From: Bacteroidota bacterium
Lineage (GTDB): Bacteria; Bacteroidota; Bacteroidia; 2-12-FULL-35-15
Assembly (NCBI GenBank): GCA_025963775.1
Contig: JAOQAD010000002.1
Span: 25,974-89,973 of the forward strand
DNA length: 64,000 nucleotides
Direction of reading: 5' to 3'
The notes under the pieces were generated by a model. It worked only from the letters and a program-made list of their open reading frames with translations, was not told where the DNA came from and searched no databases. Made by a program: the position numbers and the translations under genes. Shown here in pieces: positions 57,536 to 64,000 of the stretch; position 1 is the first letter of the stretch; the number at the start of each line of letters is the position of its first letter.

Positions 57536-59635
57536 ATGAAGATCTGGAACCAGGCGCCTCTTGTACGATTGATCATTCCCTTTATTGCAGGGATCATCGC
57601 CGCTATTTACCTTCCGCTGAATGATGGCTGTTTTGCATTGATCATGGCGCCGTATTTTATTTTTATTGCTGCTGTTACTTTTATTCCTTCACTGAAAATT
57701 TCGTATAAACGTTCCTGGGCTTTCGGCCTCGTGATCAACATTTTATTGTTTGCGCTCGGGTACCGGATCACGATCGGTAATACGGAAAAATTCGCCGCTT
57801 CGCATTTTTCAAAATTTGTAAACGGAAAAACAATTGTCCTTGCAAAGCTGCTGCAATCGCCGCTGGAAAAAGAGCGCTCTTATAAAATGGTGGTGGAGGT
57901 CAGCCTGCTGAAAAATGGAGAAGAATGGAAAGAAGTGAGCGGGAAAGCGATGCTCTACCTGGAGAAAGACCCGCGTGCTGCAGCTTTAAAGTATGGCGAT
58001 GAGATCATTGTGCAAGGCATCTTCAATGAAATTCCCGGGCCGCAGAACCCCGGAGAGTTCGATTACAAGCAGTTTCTTTCCTTTCACAATGTGTATGAGC
58101 AATGCAGCGCTGATGAGCATCACTGGCTTCCGACAGGCAGCAATTCCGGGAACATCATCCTGCGTTCTTCCTATGCGCTGCGCGACCGGTTGCTGGACAT
58201 ACTGAAAGACGATCACATTGAAGGGGAGGAATTTGCTGTTGGAGCAGCACTGATGCTGGGCTATTCCGACAAACTGGATGCAGAGATCCTTTCTGCGTAT
58301 TCTGGCACAGGCGCCCTGCATGTGCTTTCCGTTTCAGGCCTGCATGTGGCCATTGTGTATGTGGTGTTCAACTGGCTGCTGTTCTTTCTTGATAAAGTAA
58401 AACGCGGGAACATCATAAAAGCCGTGATTCTCATCCTGCTCCTCTGGTTCTATTCCGCGCTTACCGGGCTTTCTCCTTCGGTGCTGCGTGCAGCCACTAT
58501 GTTCAGCTTCATCATCATCGCCAAAGCATTTAACCGCTACACCAACATTTACAATACGCTTGCAGCTTCCGCATTTGTACTGCTTGCATTCAATCCTTTT
58601 CTCATCATGGAAGTCGGTTTCCAGCTTTCTTACATTGCCGTGATCGGTATTGTTTACCTGCAGCCGAAGATCTATGGCTTGTTTGAGCCGGAGAACAAGC
58701 TCATTGAGCAGGCCTGGACGATCACCGCCGTTTCCATTGCAGCGCAGATCGCGACCTTTCCGCTCGGGCTGTATTATTTTCACCAGTTCCCCAATTACTT
58801 CCTTTTATCGAATTTCATCGTGATCCCGGTTTCCACAGTCATCATTTACCTGGGGATCGGGCTGTTTGCATTTACCGGAGTTCCGGTGATCTCTGCTTAT
58901 CTCGCCGCAGGATTCAGCAAAAGCGTATGGCTGCTCAATGCTTCTGTAAAAATGATCGGGAACTGGCCTTATGCCCTGCAGGAAGGCATTTCCATTACAG
59001 CCCGGGAAACATGGCTGCTGTACGCGATGATCCTGTTCTTCATTTATTATTTTACCCGCCCCAAAGTGAACTATTTATTCTGTGCACTGTCTGTTGCAGT
59101 AGTGCTCTTGTGCTCACAGGCGATCGAGCAGGAACGGGAATACGGGCAGCATAGGATGATCGTTTACAACATCGCAAAAACAAGCGCGGTCGATTTTATT
59201 GATGCCCAAAGCAATGTGCTTTTAACAGATCCTTCATTTGCTCAAAATGAAAGTGCATTGTCCTTCCACATCAAACAGAACTGGTGGAAGCTCGGGATCA
59301 ACCGGCCGGTGATCGTTACAGGAAACTTTCGTTCGGAGCACCTGTTCATTCAAAACAATTGCATCCAGTTCAATGAAAAGAAGGTCGTGATCGTTAGAGG
59401 AAGAGAAGAAATGGATAAAAAATGGAAACAGCCGCTGAAAGTTGATTTTCTTATTGTTTCGAAAAATCTGAAAATGGATATTGCGGAACTGCTGAAAAAT
59501 TATGATCCGGAACAGATCATTTTCGATTCATCCAACTCGAACTACAGGCTTGAAAAATGGAAAAAGGAATGTATCGCAATGTCGCGTAATTATTATTCCG
59601 TAAAGGATTCAGGCGCTTTTGAAGCGGACCTCTGA
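57536..59635 (+). CDS. comEC: ComEC/Rec2 competence channel
   Basis: NPGEFDY, HVLSVSGLHV, SPSVLRA, GFQLSY; C-terminal MBL domain degenerate. Confidence 0.93.
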   Translation: MKIWNQAPLVRLIIPFIAGIIAAIYLPLNDGCFALIMAPYFIFIAAVTFIPSLKISYKRSWAFGLVINILLFALGYRITIGNTEKFAASHFSKFVNGKTIVLAKLLQSPLEKERSYKMVVEVSLLKNGEEWKEVSGKAMLYLEKDPRAAALKYGDEIIVQGIFNEIPGPQNPGEFDYKQFLSFHNVYEQCSADEHHWLPTGSNSGNIILRSSYALRDRLLDILKDDHIEGEEFAVGAALMLGYSDKLDAEILSAYSGTGALHVLSVSGLHVAIVYVVFNWLLFFLDKVKRGNIIKAVILILLLWFYSALTGLSPSVLRAATMFSFIIIAKAFNRYTNIYNTLAASAFVLLAFNPFLIMEVGFQLSYIAVIGIVYLQPKIYGLFEPENKLIEQAWTITAVSIAAQIATFPLGLYYFHQFPNYFLLSNFIVIPVSTVIIYLGIGLFAFTGVPVISAYLAAGFSKSVWLLNASVKMIGNWPYALQEGISITARETWLLYAMILFFIYYFTRPKVNYLFCALSVAVVLLCSQAIEQEREYGQHRMIVYNIAKTSAVDFIDAQSNVLLTDPSFAQNESALSFHIKQNWWKLGINRPVIVTGNFRSEHLFIQNNCIQFNEKKVVIVRGREEMDKKWKQPLKVDFLIVSKNLKMDIAELLKNYDPEQIIFDSSNSNYRLEKWKKECIAMSRNYYSVKDSGAFEADL

Positions 59636-59637
59636 AT

Positions 59638-60597
59638 TTATCTGAACACATCCCAGATCACCTTTCCATTTGCAGAAGGCATTTTGAAGCGCATCAGTTC
59701 GGCAACAGTATTGGCAATATCAACCTGGTCGTAATGCAAGGTGCTTACATAATTCTGTTTAAAGTCCGGCCCGATCGCGAAAAACTCAATGTGCTTGCAG
59801 CCTTCGCACATATCGGTATGCGAAACAAATCCATCAAGATGTCCCGCAGTGTGACGGCCGTGGTCATTGGTAACGATCAGTGTTGTCTGATCCCTGTAAA
59901 AAGGATCGCTCTGCAGCAATTGCCAGATGCGGTAAATGTAATTATCCGTATCAAGTATTCCCTGCAGGTAAGCAGCTGAATCATTGGCATGCCCGGCAGC
60001 ATCCGGCTGTTTGAAATTGATCAGCGTCATTCGGGGATGGTTGCCTGAAAAGATTCCCTTTGCATTCATGAACGTGGTAGAGTCTTCGCGATAGCCGGTT
60101 CCTAATCCTGAAATCCCGCAATCGGTCATCGGGCGGTATTGTCCCTGCCAGGCAGGCTCAACACAATCGGATAAAATTGCCAGTTTGTCCTTCGTCGTAA
60201 TGACCCATGCCTCCGAAGCGGGATGCTGCGAAGTTTTCAGCCAGTATTGAAAAATGGATGGATGCTGCGGATATTCCAGTCCGCTGTTATTAATGTTCTG
60301 GTACACGCCGGTGGTTATCGCCGAATGGCCCGCGTTGGTAAAACAATAGCCGTTGTTATAGAAATTAGAGCAGAATACACCGCCTTCCTGCAGGAGCTGG
60401 TAGCGGTGCGGAATGTATTCCTTTGATTCAAGGCCCCAGGTTTCGGTGTACCGCGCGCCATCCACTACAATAATGACCACGTTTTTGGTCTTGTAGGCCG
60501 GCCCTGTGGGAATTGCAGGGTCTTTGCTGCAGCCGAAATAAATGGATGCAAAGCCGGTAAACAGTACTAACAGCGCTATTTTCATTTGGAGCTTCAT
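59638..60597 (-). CDS. Alkaline-phosphatase/sulfatase-superfamily lipoprotein
   Basis: Lipobox FGC; VVDGAR, T..GH...TG, PD..GH, TNDHGR. Confidence 0.85.
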   Translation of the reverse strand: MKLQMKIALLVLFTGFASIYFGCSKDPAIPTGPAYKTKNVVIIVVDGARYTETWGLESKEYIPHRYQLLQEGGVFCSNFYNNGYCFTNAGHSAITTGVYQNINNSGLEYPQHPSIFQYWLKTSQHPASEAWVITTKDKLAILSDCVEPAWQGQYRPMTDCGISGLGTGYREDSTTFMNAKGIFSGNHPRMTLINFKQPDAAGHANDSAAYLQGILDTDNYIYRIWQLLQSDPFYRDQTTLIVTNDHGRHTAGHLDGFVSHTDMCEGCKHIEFFAIGPDFKQNYVSTLHYDQVDIANTVAELMRFKMPSANGKVIWDVFR

Positions 60598-60602
60598 TCT
60601 AA

Positions 60603-60630
60603 CAAAGTTAAGAAATTAGATTTAAATTTG
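60603..60630. promoter_or_regulatory. Back-to-back -7 boxes of divergent genes
   Basis: TAACTTTG (minus, 60610-60603) and TAAATTTG (plus, 60623-60630). Confidence 0.65.
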
Positions 60631-60634
60631 CAGA

Positions 60635-61666
60635 ATGAAATTCAAGATAGGTGATAAGGTAAGGTTCCTGAATGAAAAAGGAGAGGGGACGGTCACAAAG
60701 ATCATCAATAAAACAACGGTAGGCGTTACCATCGAGGAAGGATTTGAAATTCCGGTAGTGATCTCTGAGCTGGTCACCATTTTTGACGAGGCCGATATAA
60801 AGCCCGTATATCTAAAAGAACCTGCAGAGCAGCCTGTTCCAAGCTATACAAGCATTTCCGAAACAAGAAAAGAAACGCCCAAAGGCATTTACCTGGCCTT
60901 GTCTCCCGAAAGGGCAAACGACATCAGCCATTCCGATTTCAATCTCTGGCTGATCAATCATACCGTATTTCATGTGGTGTACGTAACCTCTTTTTTGAAA
61001 AGCAAAGGCTACGAACTGTTGGATAAAGGCGAGCTGAAGCCATTCGAATCGAAGCTGATCGAAACCATCGACAGGAAGAACACCGACCTGCTTTCTACTG
61101 TGAAGGTGGATGCGCTGTTGTTTGATGAAACCAAGCCTTTCGAGCACCAGTCGCCAGTTTCCGAGATCATCAGGATCAAAGCGGTGAAGCTGTATAAAGA
61201 AAATGCTTTTATAGAAAACGATTTTATCCCTGAAAAATGCCTGCTGGTAAACGTCACCGATTTTCAGCAGGACCTTTATTTTCAAAAGCCGGGAGCTTCC
61301 GAAACAGATCTTTCTAAATTACTGTTTCAGAAAAGAAGCGGCACAAGTCCGGGCAAAACTTCCAAGCCGCACCGCATCAACAATGCTTCTTTCGAGATGG
61401 AGATCGATCTCCACATCGAGGAGCTGATCGATAATTACGGCGGCATGAGCAATGCCGAGATCGTGATCGTTCAGCTGCGGCATTTCCAGCAGGCGCTGGA
61501 TAAAGCCATCAATGAGCATTACAGGAGCCTTACGGTGATCCATGGAGTGGGCAACGGGCGCTTAAAACAGGAGGTGCGCGCGATCCTTACTTCTATGAAG
61601 ATGCGTTTTCACGATGCATCCTATTCCAAATACGGCTTTGGTGCAACGGAGATTGTGATTGGTTGA
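60635..61666 (+). CDS. DUF2027 plus Smr-domain protein
   Basis: N-terminal KIGDKVRFL; C-terminal IDLH...IHGVGNG.LK...Y..GAT. Confidence 0.9.
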   Translation: MKFKIGDKVRFLNEKGEGTVTKIINKTTVGVTIEEGFEIPVVISELVTIFDEADIKPVYLKEPAEQPVPSYTSISETRKETPKGIYLALSPERANDISHSDFNLWLINHTVFHVVYVTSFLKSKGYELLDKGELKPFESKLIETIDRKNTDLLSTVKVDALLFDETKPFEHQSPVSEIIRIKAVKLYKENAFIENDFIPEKCLLVNVTDFQQDLYFQKPGASETDLSKLLFQKRSGTSPGKTSKPHRINNASFEMEIDLHIEELIDNYGGMSNAEIVIVQLRHFQQALDKAINEHYRSLTVIHGVGNGRLKQEVRAILTSMKMRFHDASYSKYGFGATEIVIG

Positions 61667-61679
61667 ATTGTTTTGCTTT

Positions 61680-61817
61680 ACACACCCCTAACCCCTCTCA
61701 AGAGGGGAATGGACGCTGCTAACTTGGCGAATATACTTCTGAATTATATTATTCGTAATACTATAATTTTTATATGAGCACTCACAATTCCCCTCTTGAG
61801 AGGGGTTAGGGGTGTGT
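61680..61817. repeat. Perfect 31-bp inverted repeat pair (REP-doublet/MITE-like)
   Basis: ACACACCCCTAACCCCTCTCAAGAGGGGAAT (61680-61710) and its exact reverse complement (61787-61817); 76-bp AT-rich spacer. Confidence 0.9.
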
Positions 61818-61865
61818 TATCCAACATCAATAGAACAGCGCTTTCATAAACCACCTTATTTTCAC

Positions 61866-61873
61866 TACCTTTG
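61866..61873 (+). promoter_or_regulatory. -7 box TACCTTTG for rnpB
   Basis: Exact match, 4 nt before the P1 helix. Confidence 0.75.
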
Positions 61874-61877
61874 CAGC

Positions 61878-62282
61878 GCAAGTTGTTCTATCGCTGCCCT
61901 TCCTGCAAAGGAAGGGGAGAGGAAAGTCCGGGCAACACAGAGCATCCCACTTCCTAACAGGAAGGCTTTTCCGCAAGGAAGGGACAGAATAGTGCCACAG
62001 AGAATAACCACCGGGAAGCGGACTTGTTCTGCTTCCCGGAAAGGGTGAAAACGTGAGGTAAGAGCTCACGATAGCAGCTGGCAACAGTTGTTAGGGGTAA
62101 ACCTTGGGAGTTGAAAGATCAAATAAGTCACGCTTTTGAAGCTGCTCGCTTTAATTTTTCCGCTTGCGGAAGGATGGCGTGACGGGTAGATTGCTAAAGC
62201 CATCCGGTGACGGCTGGTTTAGATAAATGATAGAAGCCTTTCCGCTTGCGGGAAGGAACAGAACCCGGCTTACAAACTTGCT
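61878..62282 (+). ncRNA. rnpB: RNase P RNA (type A)
   Basis: GAGGAAAGTCCGGGC, AGTGCCACAGA, GGGTGAAA, GGTAAACC and ACAGAACCCGGCTTA conserved regions; P1 GCAAGTT/AACTTGC. Confidence 0.97.
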
Positions 62283-62455
62283 TTTTATTTTCTTTCCTGG
62301 TGGGTAATAACCCCCATTTTGTCAAACACCGTGTTTTTACACATTTTTTCCTGTCTTTTTTATTCTTAATTAGTGTGCTGTATGATTGGATTCGTTCAGC
62401 TGGAGGAGTTCGAAAATCCATCAAGAGAGTAGACAGACTACTAAAGACAAACAAC

Positions 62456-62785
62456 ATGAAAAAACTACTGACGATTGCTTTTCTTTTTTGCATGCTGCTC
62501 ACCACAAAGGTGACAAATGCACAATCTCAAAATGAGAATGCCCTTATTGGCAGGGCCCGCGGCGCGGCGCATGAATGCCTGCAGGCAGCGCGCGAACCCG
62601 GCTATGAATTTATCGGGCAAAGCCAGACTACCAGCATTTGTTTTGCCGGAGGCTTTCTGACCACTGTTACATTTTACAAAGTTCCGGTTTGCCACGATGA
62701 GCCATGTCCAAGGCCTATTGCTGTTCCTGTAGCAGAAGTGAACTTCGGCTGCGACGGACAGATCCTTAGCGTAACATGTAAATAG
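62456..62785 (+). CDS. Small secreted Cys-rich protein (109 aa)
   Basis: Signal peptide MKKLLTIAFLFCMLLTTKVTNAQ; six Cys in the mature part; A-rich leader; own terminator. Confidence 0.8.
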   Translation: MKKLLTIAFLFCMLLTTKVTNAQSQNENALIGRARGAAHECLQAAREPGYEFIGQSQTTSICFAGGFLTTVTFYKVPVCHDEPCPRPIAVPVAEVNFGCDGQILSVTCK

Positions 62786-62802
62786 AATATTCTTTAGAAT
62801 AG

Positions 62803-62829
62803 AAAATCCCGCTCCGGCGGGATTTTTTT
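62803..62829. terminator. Rho-independent terminator
   Basis: AAAATCCCGC-TCCG-GCGGGATTTTTTT. Confidence 0.85.
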
Positions 62830-62834
62830 GTTGC

Positions 62835-62918
62835 TGTCATCCCGTGCTCCGACACGGGATCTGCCTGATGAGAACCTGCTGACATTTATGGGATCCCGTG
62901 TCGTGGCACGGGATGACG
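62835..62918. repeat. REP-like doublet
   Basis: TGTCATCCCGTGCTCCGACACGGGATCT facing GGGATCCCGTGTCGTGGCACGGGATGACG. Confidence 0.9.
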
Positions 62919-62943
62919 ATTCAAAATGATGTTATAAAATAAA

Positions 62944-64000
62944 TCAGTAATTGTATTTATCGCCCCATCTCTTCTTTAAAAAATCCCGCAATTCCTTTTC
63001 CCGTGCATTGTTTCCGGGCTCGTAGAATTTCATTCCTTTCACCGCATCCGGTAAATATTCCTGTGCCGAAAAATTATTATCATAGCCATGGCTGTACTGG
63101 TATTCCTTTCCATAGCCGATGTCCTTCATGAGCTTTGTGGGTGCATTGCGCAGGTGCAGTGGAACAGGCTGGTCGCCTTTCTGCTGAACGGCCTGCATGG
63201 CTTCGTTGATGGCCATGTAGGAAGCATTGCTTTTTGCAGAAGTGGCAAGGTAGATCACCGTTTGTGATAAAATGATCCTCGATTCCGGGAAGCCGATCAC
63301 GTTCACTGCCTGGAAACAGTTATTGGCGATCACCAGCGCAGTCGGATTGGCATTGCCGATATCTTCCGAAGCAAGGATCAATAACCTTCTTGCAATAAAG
63401 GAAGGGTCTTCGCCGCCTTCGATCATCCGCGCAAGCCAGTATACAGCGGCATTCGGGTCGCTTCCGCGGATGGATTTGATGAACGCGGAGATAATGTCGT
63501 AATGATTCTCTCCCGCTTTATCATAAAGGGCAATATTCTGCTGAACAATGCCTGTTACTTTTTCATTCGTGATCTCGATCTCATCGCCGCCAATGGTATT
63601 AACCACCAGCTCGAACACATTCAGCAGCTTCCTGCCATCGCCGCCGGAAAGCCTCAACAACGCTTCATTTTCGGTGATCGTGATCTTTTTTGTTTTTAGA
63701 ACGGAATCTGTTCTGATCGCAAGATCGAGCATGGAAAGCAGGTCGTCCTTGTCGAGATGTTTGAGAATATATACCTGGCATCGCGAGAGCAATGCGGAGA
63801 TCACTTCGAAGGAAGGATTTTCGGTGGTTGCACCGATGAGCGTTACCGTGCCTTTTTCAACGGCCCCTAACAGGGAATCCTGCTGCGATTTACTGAAGCG
63901 GTGGATCTCATCAATGAAGAGGATCGGGTTGGCCTGGACGAACATCCCGGTACCTTTTGCCTTGTCGATCACATCGCGGATATCCTTTACGCCCGAATTG
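62944..64000 (-). CDS. rarA: Replication-associated recombination protein RarA; 5' part lies outside the window
   Basis: FIDEIHRF, GATTENP, SAFIKSIRGSD, ASEDIG, P.HLRNA; frame open to the edge (NSGVKDIRDVIDK). Confidence 0.96.
   Translation of the reverse strand, partial: NSGVKDIRDVIDKAKGTGMFVQANPILFIDEIHRFSKSQQDSLLGAVEKGTVTLIGATTENPSFEVISALLSRCQVYILKHLDKDDLLSMLDLAIRTDSVLKTKKITITENEALLRLSGGDGRKLLNVFELVVNTIGGDEIEITNEKVTGIVQQNIALYDKAGENHYDIISAFIKSIRGSDPNAAVYWLARMIEGGEDPSFIARRLLILASEDIGNANPTALVIANNCFQAVNVIGFPESRIILSQTVIYLATSAKSNASYMAINEAMQAVQQKGDQPVPLHLRNAPTKLMKDIGYGKEYQYSHGYDNNFSAQEYLPDAVKGMKFYEPGNNAREKELRDFLKKRWGDKYNY

Noticed and set aside
61798-61817. G-quadruplex or telomere-like TTAGGG
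   Set aside because: Only two G-tracts; explained by the inverted repeat
62246-62455. Upstream part of the 179-aa ORF
   Set aside because: Overlaps rnpB; the signal peptide begins at ATG 62456
1-64000. Prophage, IS transposase, tRNA, rRNA or known riboswitch
   Set aside because: No recognisable motifs by eye; covariance-model searches were not run

Overview
Gene-dense core-chromosome window from a Bacteroidota bacterium. Evidence for the lineage: a primary sigma factor lacking region 1.1, TAnnTTTG -7 promoter boxes, a T9SS C-terminal domain and BT_3928/DUF2027-type genes. The window holds about 55 CDS, mostly housekeeping (rpoD, long-form gap, htrA, dapF, mltG, pgm, DEAD helicase, rlmI, mpg, recQ, uvrB, aroE, comA, glmM, iscS, folP, tpiA, prmA, plsY, comEC, rarA), plus the RNase P RNA gene. 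I found no CRISPR array, tRNA, rRNA, transposase or prophage. Unusual non-coding content: several families of short palindromic repeats in the intergenic spaces (GTCA-terminated REP-like hairpins and doublets, a perfect 31-bp inverted repeat, an ~80-bp element with a covarying c(GAA)g hairpin, and short-period tandem repeats), sometimes nested, with no mobilizing enzyme in the window. Unusual coding content: a 7-heme/TPR putative lipoprotein and a putative permuted papain-like enzyme inside the dapF-mltG operon; an AAA-ATPase preceded by three tandem palindromic operator-like sites; an AraC gene next to a T9SS-secreted CxxCH protein; a 1493-aa beta-rich protein upstream of plsY; and a comA-rhodanese-dedA operon. 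All product calls come from motif recognition by eye, not from database searches.
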